From contig CAYUTO010000001.1 in the NCBI GenBank assembly GCA_964447765.1, forward strand, positions 121,125 through 185,124: a stretch of DNA of 64,000 nt, written 5' to 3'. The notes beneath the pieces are model-generated. The model had not been told where the DNA came from, ran no database searches, and saw only the letters and a list, made by a program, of their open reading frames with translations. The position numbers were made by a program, and so were the translations under genes. Origin of the DNA: an uncultured Gammaproteobacteria bacterium (GTDB lineage: Bacteria > Patescibacteriota > Patescibacteriia > Magasanikbacterales > UBA922). The stretch's first letter is position 1; every line of letters begins with the position of its first letter. Positions 40,965 to 48,695 of the stretch are shown here, in pieces.

Positions 40965-41117
40965 ATGTGTTCCGCATATATCTTACTAAACAACTCGTGC
41001 TACGTAGATGATTTCCTCATGATAGGACAGGTCTACGCTAAAGCGATTGTTCTCGGTTTGGTACTTGGAACAGTGGTCGGCTTACTATTGTTATTCATAA
41101 GACACATAAAAGACTAA
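40965..41117 (+). CDS. Micro-ORF, single TM, minor-coat-like (50 aa, not in ORF track)
   Basis: MCSAYILLNNSCYVDDFLMIGQVYAKAIVLGLVLGTVVGLLLLFIRHIKD; TAATG overlap with next gene. Confidence 0.7.
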   Translation: MCSAYILLNNSCYVDDFLMIGQVYAKAIVLGLVLGTVVGLLLLFIRHIKD

Positions 41118-41392
41118 TGGCTATGACTGAGAAAATCAAAAGCCTTGTCCTTGGTACCAAAGCAAAAGTAACCGCATTCGGGCTCGCGCTCGCTGGTGGA
41201 CTTTTGGCTGGAACAAGTGCGTTCGCTGCCGTGGACGCTGATGTCGCCTCTACGACCGCAAGTGTGGTCGACACGATGAAAGAAAATGTGGTCGGTGTAA
41301 TTACCGCCAACATCTCAAATATCGTGATTGTAGGTGTGATCATCTTCTCCATCGGCTTCGTTTGGCGCCTTGCTCGTCGGTTCATGCGATAG
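41117..41392 (+). CDS. Major coat protein (pVIII-like)
   Basis: Signal peptide ending AFA/A, acidic amphipathic helix, TM, basic tail WRLARRFMR. Confidence 0.8.
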   Translation: MAMTEKIKSLVLGTKAKVTAFGLALAGGLLAGTSAFAAVDADVASTTASVVDTMKENVVGVITANISNIVIVGVIIFSIGFVWRLARRFMR

Positions 41393-41397
41393 GCTTC

Positions 41398-41447
41398 GGC
41401 ACTGCGGGGGCTTGCTCTCAATAAGCAAAAGCCCCCGCAACGGTGCC
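41398..41447 (+). terminator. GC-rich hairpin after major coat gene
   Basis: GGCAC-TGCGGGGGCTT...AAGCCCCCGCA-GTGCC; same position as the post-gVIII terminator of Ff phages, but no long U tract. Confidence 0.55.
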
Positions 41448-41473
41448 TCATGACATACAGATAAAATATCCAT

Positions 41474-43183
41474 ATGAATATAGCATTAACAAAACACAAA
41501 GCGACGCTCATGATTGCGATAGTGATAGGCATAGGAGTGTCGTTTTTCATTTCAGGACAAGCAAAAGCGGATAGCCCTGTGGGTGACGTCGTGGAGTTTT
41601 CACCGTCCTCAAATTGGTATACCTGGTTTATTCGTACCAGCAATGAAACAGGACATGGACAATCATTCATCACACAAGCCGACACCGAAGCAATCAGCAC
41701 CGTTGCATTCAAACTTTGCCGTCTCGGTACGATTACCAAACCAAAAACATTAACACTTTGTTCGTCCGCAACAAATGGCTGGTACGGCGGATGTGCAAGC
41801 CCACTTGCAACAAAACAATTCACCGCCGACGAGCTTAATGAAATGATTAACTACGACGCAAGTTGCAATTCAAATGCGGAGGGTGGAGCAAACGACGGAA
41901 CATATTATCACTGGTCATATTTTACCTTTGATGAGCCCGTCACGGTAAGTGGAAACACCTCGTACTTTGTACTTCTAAACAGTGCCTCAAGTGCAGACAA
42001 TGAATCGGGTTCACTGCTTCGTACCATGTACAACAATGAAAACTATCTTGGTACCAGTGAGAACTACCCGAACGGACAAGAGTATTACTATAAAGGAGCG
42101 ACACGCTATACCTACGGTGCATCAACAGATATTTTCTTCAAAGTATTTAGTGCCGACCCGATAACTGTTCCGTTTGAAATTACACATCCCTTGCAAGATC
42201 AAGAAATTATCAATGACACATGGGTCACGGTATCAGGAACATGCCCCTACGTCGGAGAAAATAGAATCGGATTTACCGATGACTGTCTCGGGTTTGAAGA
42301 AATTGAATACACGGCGGCGTGTACCGAAGATCACACATTCTCGGCACAATTTTATCACACGAGTTTATCCGACAGAGTGATTGCGAGAGAAGTAGATAGT
42401 ATATCGGGCGATTGCGTTGATTACGATAATTTAATGGATTTCGTAACAGTCGACGGTATTGAGTTTGTCGACGGCTATCCCGAAGATTGGTATTTCAATT
42501 TCGGGATATATGACGATTATGATATTACGATTAAAAGCCCCGTGTTTGATGTCGCACTCACGCTTCCACGAGGCTCTACCTCAAAAGAATTTACATTCTC
42601 ATTCACATATCCCGAAGAAGCACTCGAAGACCTCACATTCGTGATTGCACAGTACGACCACGAGGGAAACTTGATAACGGATAATTTTCACACACGAACA
42701 CTCGAAAGCATGGCAGACACGAGCGATTATCAGGTAACGCTCTCCGCAACCACGACAGCATATCACTATGTTGTACAACTCATAGAAGACGCAACACTCA
42801 AGCGACAGTACCCATTTGGCATCTTTGTTTCCGACCTCGACTTTGTAGCAAATCCCGATGAAACAAATTATTTCTTTCCTCGCATTGTGACGGAACTACG
42901 AAAAAAGATTGTCTTCAATTACTACTTTGCGTTTCATGACGGCTTTTACAATATGTTCAACGGACAATATTCAAGCCCATCTTCAAACGCACTCGACATT
43001 ACATTCAAAAGTATGTCAGGAGACGGACAATACAATCTCGATGTAAAAGTATTTTCAGCAAGCGACCCGAGAGTAAAATCATTCACCAGTGCCATGCGTC
43101 CCTATATCGTCGCACTCCTGTGGCTATCGTTCGCCTTGTATGTGGTCTTTCGCATAACGCATCTATTTAGTGATAACGAATAG
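41474..43183 (+). CDS. Adsorption protein (pIII-like)
   Basis: Signal peptide, Cys-containing beta-rich ectodomain, C-terminal TM; synteny. Confidence 0.7.
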   Translation: MNIALTKHKATLMIAIVIGIGVSFFISGQAKADSPVGDVVEFSPSSNWYTWFIRTSNETGHGQSFITQADTEAISTVAFKLCRLGTITKPKTLTLCSSATNGWYGGCASPLATKQFTADELNEMINYDASCNSNAEGGANDGTYYHWSYFTFDEPVTVSGNTSYFVLLNSASSADNESGSLLRTMYNNENYLGTSENYPNGQEYYYKGATRYTYGASTDIFFKVFSADPITVPFEITHPLQDQEIINDTWVTVSGTCPYVGENRIGFTDDCLGFEEIEYTAACTEDHTFSAQFYHTSLSDRVIAREVDSISGDCVDYDNLMDFVTVDGIEFVDGYPEDWYFNFGIYDDYDITIKSPVFDVALTLPRGSTSKEFTFSFTYPEEALEDLTFVIAQYDHEGNLITDNFHTRTLESMADTSDYQVTLSATTTAYHYVVQLIEDATLKRQYPFGIFVSDLDFVANPDETNYFFPRIVTELRKKIVFNYYFAFHDGFYNMFNGQYSSPSSNALDITFKSMSGDGQYNLDVKVFSASDPRVKSFTSAMRPYIVALLWLSFALYVVFRITHLFSDNE

Positions 43184-43186
43184 CGT

Positions 43187-43432
43187 ATGTTTACTTTCAT
43201 TGAATCAATTCTTGTAAAAATTATCTCACTCTTACCCGACGCTGATCCGAATAATTCAGTTATTACGGCCGTCACAAACGCATTTGCCACTATGGCACCG
43301 ACATTCTCGCAAATTGACCTTGTCTTTCCGATATTCGTATTGTTCAAAGTATTACTCCTCGTGATGTTCGTGGAAATGACAATCTTCTTGTTTACGTTCA
43401 TTTTGCAGATTGCAACATTCTTTAAACCATAA
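43187..43432 (+). CDS. pVI-like hydrophobic minor coat protein
   Basis: 81 aa hydrophobic ORF between pIII-like and pI-like genes. Confidence 0.65.
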   Translation: MFTFIESILVKIISLLPDADPNNSVITAVTNAFATMAPTFSQIDLVFPIFVLFKVLLLVMFVEMTIFLFTFILQIATFFKP

Positions 43433-43437
43433 CCTCT

Positions 43438-44154
43438 ATGATTACCATTGTCACAGGAAAACCAGGAGCCGGAAAAACACTCTTCATGACCTACAAAGCA
43501 CTTGAAATGTTTCTCAAAGGCTACGATGTGTATGCAAATTGGAAACTTGATTTCACAAGATACGTTCTCCGAAAACAGATTGATCTCAAAACCGTCGGGC
43601 GTGTCTACTTTTGGTCTGAAATACCTGAACTCTTACACATTAAAGGCGGACAGATATTTATTGACGAAGCACAAGGATACTTTGATAGCCGTGAGTGGCT
43701 CGACATGCCACCGTCGGCAAAACAAAAATTCTCCGCTCACAGACATGATGTAAAAACAGATGAAGACGGAAACATTATTCCACTCGATATTTGGGCGGGT
43801 GTGCAACACACAGGAAATATCGACAAACGTATTCGAGACTTGGGACAGCATTATTTGGAGGTACGAAATATCTTTCGTCTTGTATTCATGGCGTCATACT
43901 TCGAACTTCACGACCTCAAAGACGACATTGTAAAACGTCGAGCAGTAAAACGAACATTCTTTGTGATGAACAAAATGAAAGCAGATTGCTACAACACACA
44001 CGAAGCCGTGAACTTTATTGAGTACCCCGAGTTTCCATACCACCGAGAATATCCAAACACACTCTCAAACGACAATACAGGGCTTATTCCCGACACACCT
44101 GACACTCCACCATATTCGAAACAGCAACGCAAAAAAGGGAGTGGATCCTTTTAG
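43438..44154 (+). CDS. Zot/pI-like morphogenesis ATPase
   Basis: MITIVTGKPGAGKT, FIDEAQ, HRH, Q....IDKRIR, YNT. Confidence 0.9.
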   Translation: MITIVTGKPGAGKTLFMTYKALEMFLKGYDVYANWKLDFTRYVLRKQIDLKTVGRVYFWSEIPELLHIKGGQIFIDEAQGYFDSREWLDMPPSAKQKFSAHRHDVKTDEDGNIIPLDIWAGVQHTGNIDKRIRDLGQHYLEVRNIFRLVFMASYFELHDLKDDIVKRRAVKRTFFVMNKMKADCYNTHEAVNFIEYPEFPYHREYPNTLSNDNTGLIPDTPDTPPYSKQQRKKGSGSF

Positions 44155-44450
44155 GAACCACTCCCGACCTGTTCTACTTGTTTGATGTAGAACAGGTGTA
44201 CCCGTTTCGGGTACTTTCGGACGGTCGTACCGTCCTTATCTTTCTTCTCAATGATAATGAAAGACTGAAGAGCTTTTTCACCCTTCTTTACTTGGTAGCC
44301 CATCTCGAGCCACCGATTATACGTCAAACAATTACTTTTTGGATCGTAATTGTTCGCGTCCTCTTCGCCGAAGCGAGCGAGAATCTGCTTGCGTACAAGG
44401 TCGGAAGTAATTTCCGAACCTTTCCATGTGGAAACGATTGCGTTTTCCAT
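44151..44450 (-). CDS. ArdC-like (DUF1738) N-terminal ssDNA-binding domain protein
   Basis: LTYNRWLEMGYQVKKGEKA and LF..Q motifs; start moved to MENAI. Confidence 0.65.
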   Translation of the reverse strand: MENAIVSTWKGSEITSDLVRKQILARFGEEDANNYDPKSNCLTYNRWLEMGYQVKKGEKALQSFIIIEKKDKDGTTVRKYPKRVHLFYIKQVEQVGSGS

Positions 44451-44635
44451 AGAAATAAAAAATACAGCCGAATTGATAACATCCGAAGACAAGGCTGTTT
44501 ATTGCCGTATCGGACAAGACAGAAACAAGCGTCTGATAGCTTGCTTTAGTCAAGGTGGAGACTTGTTACTACCTTTACCAAAGAAAAGCTGACGCTATAC
44601 TGCCTCGCCCTGATACGGAATATGAGCATTGATTT

Positions 44636-44765
44636 ACGGTATCCCGTACCGAATGGATACCGTCCCTCTGACAAACAATCTTTTTTTGGCGGCTGCCCGA
44701 CGACAAAAAAAGATTGTTTGTGAGCGGTTTGTTGGTACGAACGAAATCGCTCTCTTAACTTGATT
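44636..44765 (+). other. Putative rolling-circle origin / packaging region
   Basis: Three adjacent hairpins (44636-63, 44671-721, 44722-52) then AACTTGAT, directly upstream of Rep. Confidence 0.6.
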
Positions 44766-44789
44766 ATATCCACACATCTAACGAAAACT

Positions 44790-45569
44790 ATGGCACATTC
44801 CTACACACTCAAAGTAGTGGTGTCGGGAAAGCAGGTTGAAGTGTACAAGTACACGAAAGAAGTTTGGCGGGATTTTGAATCAAAACCACAAAGTGACAAA
44901 CCTCACAAAGAGCCGAAGCAACTAAACATGTTTGAACAAGAAGAGTTAAGAAAAAAGAAAGTGCAGTATTCCATAAACAGAACCAAAACCGAGATACGCC
45001 GTCTCGTAAACTCGAACCCCCACCTCAACAAATTTATGACCCTGACTTTCGCCGACAACGTAACCGACCTCAAAACTGCGAACTACTTGTTCAATCAGTT
45101 TGTTAAACGTATCTCATACCGATACAAGAATTTTGAATACTTCGCTGTCCCTGAATTTCAAAAGCGTGGAGCCGTCCACTACCACGTGCTTTGTAACCTC
45201 CCATACGTTGAAATGGACGCACTTGAATACACATGGGGACATGGAATGGTAAATATCCGCAAAGTCGACGAAGTAAACAATCTCGGGGCGTATATGAGCA
45301 AGTACCTCGGCAAAGAATTATTCTCTGGTCGTATGTTTGGTAAGAAAAAATTCTTTCGCTCACAAACACTCAAGGAACCTGTTGAACTTATCTCATGGTG
45401 GGCGATGAAATTTATTGATAAGTTTCTTTCGCTTCTCAAGCCCGTGTTTGAAAAGAAGTTTGAAAGTGAATATATCGGCGAGGTGGAATACACGGCGTAT
45501 ACGCTTGATCGTATTGTATTCAAGGACGGCATACTCAATCCTGCCGTGTTAATGGGAACAGTATGGTAA
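44790..45569 (+). CDS. HUH rolling-circle replication initiator
   Basis: Motif I FMTLTF, motif II GAVHYHVL, motif III YMSKYLGK; start moved to MAHSY. Confidence 0.9.
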   Translation: MAHSYTLKVVVSGKQVEVYKYTKEVWRDFESKPQSDKPHKEPKQLNMFEQEELRKKKVQYSINRTKTEIRRLVNSNPHLNKFMTLTFADNVTDLKTANYLFNQFVKRISYRYKNFEYFAVPEFQKRGAVHYHVLCNLPYVEMDALEYTWGHGMVNIRKVDEVNNLGAYMSKYLGKELFSGRMFGKKKFFRSQTLKEPVELISWWAMKFIDKFLSLLKPVFEKKFESEYIGEVEYTAYTLDRIVFKDGILNPAVLMGTVW

Positions 45570-45727
45570 GCGAAGCACGTATAAAAGAGCTACAACTTAT
45601 CATAAAGGAAGAATACGGCGAGGATATAAGCTACGAAGAAACAAGCATTTTAGCGAATATACTTGTTCGATATTTTAGCAATCTTGAGAAGGCATATTTA
45701 TCTTGCAAAAAGAAAGAAATGTGGTAA
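45563..45727 (+). CDS. Small helical protein (54 aa, not in ORF track)
   Basis: MVSEARIKELQLIIKEEYGEDISYEETSILANILVRYFSNLEKAYLSCKKKEMW; overlaps Rep stop; resembles 45871 ORF. Confidence 0.65.
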   Translation: MVSEARIKELQLIIKEEYGEDISYEETSILANILVRYFSNLEKAYLSCKKKEMW

Positions 45728-45736
45728 AATATCCGT

Positions 45737-45855
45737 GCTACCCAATATACATTTTAGACAAAAGCTTTTTATATTTGTCCCCAGTAAGGGGCGGTTCTTG
45801 CCGATAAATATAGGCTTTTGTCTTGTTTATTGGGTAGCCAAGACCGTCCCTTTTT
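45737..45855 (+). ncRNA. Putative structured leader RNA (long hairpin with pseudoknot or alternative pairing)
   Basis: Complementary blocks 45737-47/45828-38, 45756-65/45814-23, 45786-800/45839-52; promoter-like TTGCAA..TAAAAT just upstream. Confidence 0.5.
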
Positions 45856-45870
45856 GTTTACAAAAAATAT

Positions 45871-46059
45871 ATGCAATTTACAAAAGAACAAGTTGAATCA
45901 TTCAAGGCATTATATAAAAAAGAATTTGGCGAGGAATTAACAGATGAGCAAGCTCAAATAGAGGCTAGTGATTTAATAGACATGCTCAAAGTCGTGTGTA
46001 AACCCGCAAAACGATCCATCTATGAAAAATTCGCAGCAGAAAAAAGAGCACTTAAATAG
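45871..46059 (+). CDS. Small helical protein overlapping the recombinase start
   Basis: 62 aa, FKALYKKEFGEELTDEQA. Confidence 0.7.
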   Translation: MQFTKEQVESFKALYKKEFGEELTDEQAQIEASDLIDMLKVVCKPAKRSIYEKFAAEKRALK

Positions 46060-47662
46060 TGGTACCAGACAATCTATTATTTTTTGTCGTGTATCCAGTA
46101 AAGAACAAGAAGAAACTGGATACTCTTTGCCTGCTCAAGAAAAATATTTGAAAGATTATTGTGGCAGAAATTCAATTCGCATTGAAAAAATATTCAAGAT
46201 ATCCGAAAGTGCGAGTGGCGAAAAGCAACGAAGTAAGTTTGCTGAAATGATGGGATTTGTCGAAAAGCAAGATATTAAGATTATTGTATGTGAAAAAGCC
46301 GACCGTCTCACGAGAAACTTCAAAGACATGGTAGCGATAGATCAATGGCTTGAGCATGATGAAAAACGAGAAGTCCATTTGGTAAAGGATAGTCTTATTA
46401 TGCACCGTGGATCAAAATCCCAAGAAAAACTTAATTGGGGTATTCGTATTTTGTTTGCAAAAAACTATATCGACAATTTAAGCGAGGAAGTAAAGAAAGG
46501 TCAGAAAGCAAAAGTTGAAGAAGGGTGGTTGCCAGTACGCCCACCACTAGGATATGCCACGATTGGCGAAAAGGGACACAAAACGCACGTTATCGATACC
46601 ACAGAGGCTCCACATATCAAAAAGATGTTTGAACTGTATTCTACGGGCAATTACTCGCTCAAAAAACTATCTGATGATTTGTACAATAATGGCTTTCGTT
46701 CGAAAAGCGGGAAAAAGGTCGGTAAAAGCACACTGCACCGACTTTTGGGCGATCCATTCTATTATGGACGCTTCCGCTGGAAAGGTAAGGAATATGCTGG
46801 CAAGCACGAGCCTATCATCACGAAAGACGTATATAACAAAGTACAGGATATTATGGTACGACCAATAAAGTCTCCAAGATACAGAAAACATTTACCTCTA
46901 TTTAAAGGTAAAATAAAATGTGGCGAGTGTGGTGGCACAATTACATGGGAACAGCAAAAAGGCTCATGGTATGGACATTGCAACAAGTACAAGCCTTGTT
47001 CACAAAAGAAATACATAAAACAAGAAGACGTAGAGGAAATGCTTGTACCCCTTATTATTAAAATTTCACCCAAGACCGAGCGTGTATTGGATTGGCTGGC
47101 AGATTCGCTCAAAGATACGCATGAGGATCAAAAAGAATACTCCGAAACAAAAAATACAGACCTAAATATCGAACTTGAAAAAATAAACAAACGGCTAAGC
47201 ACAATCTATGATGATAAGGTGGACGGCGTAATTTCCATTGATTTTTACAATCAGAAATTTGAAGAATACGTAGAAAAGAAAGAAAAAATACTTGAACAAA
47301 TAAATAAGCTCGAAGACAGTACAAATGACTTTTACAAGAAAGCTGTCGCAATCCACGAACTTGCATATCGAGCACGCCATCTACTTTTAAGCCCAAATAC
47401 ACAGGTAGAAGTAAAGCGAGATATATTAAGTGATATTTTTTCGAACTTTGAACTAAAAGACGGTAAGATAAGCGAAAAATATACTCCTGAATTTGAATTT
47501 TTGGAAAAATGGATGCCGAAGCTCAATGAAACTTTCGAACTGCAAGAAAATGGCTCAACAAAAGAAAAAACAGGCTCTTGCGAACCTGCTCGTTCTGTAT
47601 TGCTCGGGGACAGGGATTCGAACCCCGATAAAAGGCTTCAAAGGCCTCTGTCCTACCATTAG
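46022..47662 (+). CDS. Large serine recombinase (integrase)
   Basis: CRVSSKEQ catalytic Ser, DRLTRN, PPLGY, CGECGG zinc ribbon, coiled coil. Confidence 0.95.
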   Translation: MKNSQQKKEHLNSGTRQSIIFCRVSSKEQEETGYSLPAQEKYLKDYCGRNSIRIEKIFKISESASGEKQRSKFAEMMGFVEKQDIKIIVCEKADRLTRNFKDMVAIDQWLEHDEKREVHLVKDSLIMHRGSKSQEKLNWGIRILFAKNYIDNLSEEVKKGQKAKVEEGWLPVRPPLGYATIGEKGHKTHVIDTTEAPHIKKMFELYSTGNYSLKKLSDDLYNNGFRSKSGKKVGKSTLHRLLGDPFYYGRFRWKGKEYAGKHEPIITKDVYNKVQDIMVRPIKSPRYRKHLPLFKGKIKCGECGGTITWEQQKGSWYGHCNKYKPCSQKKYIKQEDVEEMLVPLIIKISPKTERVLDWLADSLKDTHEDQKEYSETKNTDLNIELEKINKRLSTIYDDKVDGVISIDFYNQKFEEYVEKKEKILEQINKLEDSTNDFYKKAVAIHELAYRARHLLLSPNTQVEVKRDILSDIFSNFELKDGKISEKYTPEFEFLEKWMPKLNETFELQENGSTKEKTGSCEPARSVLLGDRDSNPDKRLQRPLSYH

Positions 47663-47673
47663 ACGATCCCCGA
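47603..47673 (-). tRNA. tRNA-Gln(TTG), CCA not encoded
   Basis: TCGGGGA/TCCCCGA acceptor stem, GAGGC-CTTTGAA-GCCTT anticodon arm, GGTTCGAATCC. Confidence 0.95.
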
Positions 47674-47761
47674 ATAAATTAAGTCGAAAGTGTAAAGTCT
47701 AAAAGTCTGTAAAGTCACATACAAAATACGTTATGACTTTATAGACTTTGAGGACGTTCGA

Positions 47762-48679
47762 CTAAGTCCGCAGATACCGTCTCATGGCAAGCATGCTCGA
47801 GAAGAGCGTGAGAAGAAATACTGCTCCGAATTGAATTCCAATCAGGAAGAGTATATGTGACGTGAAGTAATTTGTCAAGATTGCCTCTGACTCAAAAATG
47901 ACGCTTACATAGGGGTCGAGGAACTTGAGCGTGAACCATGCAATGACACTGGTAATGAAGACACTTATGACGGTAAAAATAAATGACTCCACGAGATACG
48001 GCCCACTGATAAACCAGTTGGTAGCACCCACCAATCGCTTGATTCCAATCTCGGTGCGCTGCGTATAGATAGCCACACGAATAGTATTGAAAATAATCAC
48101 AAATGCGATAATTGCAAATAGTGCGGTGAGCGCATACGTGAAGCGCTCGACCTGCACCGTTATTGTCTGGATTCGATCTATTGCAGTTTCAGTATCCCCA
48201 AATGTCTTTGCTTCAATAATACTTTCGTACTCAGGAACTGAAAGTGCAGTAATGATCTTCTGATAATCCTTTGGCTCTCTCGTTTTTACAATGAGAGTCG
48301 AGCCGAGTGGATTCCCTCCCAGTTCATCGAGGGACTCGATAATCTCGGTATTGCCGGAATAGGTATTTTTGAATTCTTCAAGTACTTCTTCTTTGGTCAA
48401 ATACCGCTCATCAGTAACTTCGGGAAGAGAAGAAACAAATGCTCGCACTTCTGCAATATTTTCATCAGTTGCTGTCGGGTCAAAATAGATACTCACATCA
48501 ATCTGGTCTTTCACCGACTGAATTGATTGATCAGTGAGTACGCGGACGATAATCAGTGTATTGATCGAGAGTAACATGAGAATCAAAATGAGTACGGTCA
48601 TAAATGACAAACTCATGTTTCTCACAATGTCTTGAAATGAAAATTTGATAATGCGACCAAGTGACATAAAAAAATTCAA
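47762..48679 (-). CDS. ftsX: Cell division permease FtsX
   Basis: 4 TM; NTIRVAI..EI.IKRLVGAT..FI.GP. Confidence 0.92.
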   Translation of the reverse strand: MNFFMSLGRIIKFSFQDIVRNMSLSFMTVLILILMLLSINTLIIVRVLTDQSIQSVKDQIDVSIYFDPTATDENIAEVRAFVSSLPEVTDERYLTKEEVLEEFKNTYSGNTEIIESLDELGGNPLGSTLIVKTREPKDYQKIITALSVPEYESIIEAKTFGDTETAIDRIQTITVQVERFTYALTALFAIIAFVIIFNTIRVAIYTQRTEIGIKRLVGATNWFISGPYLVESFIFTVISVFITSVIAWFTLKFLDPYVSVIFESEAILTNYFTSHILFLIGIQFGAVFLLTLFSSMLAMRRYLRT

Positions 48680-48695
48680 AACTTAAATCTCAAGA

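Larger units (their letters stand above)
30337..47608. mobile_element. Integrated inovirus-like prophage/island with defence cargo, inserted at tRNA-Gln
   Basis: Serine recombinase reading into tRNA; CTCGGG direct repeat; Rep, Zot-like ATPase, coat-like genes; left boundary inferred from a 6-bp core only. Confidence 0.75.

Noticed and set aside
40681-41823. Minus-strand ORFs 40681..40977 and 41095..41823
   Set aside because: Antisense to the tightly packed phage coat genes.
43438-44154. Zonula occludens toxin as a virulence factor
   Set aside because: Only the ATPase domain is present; context indicates phage morphogenesis.
44178-44773. ORFs 44178..44549, 44350..44592, 44546..44773
   Set aside because: Overlap the ArdC-like gene or origin hairpins and have no recognisable motifs.
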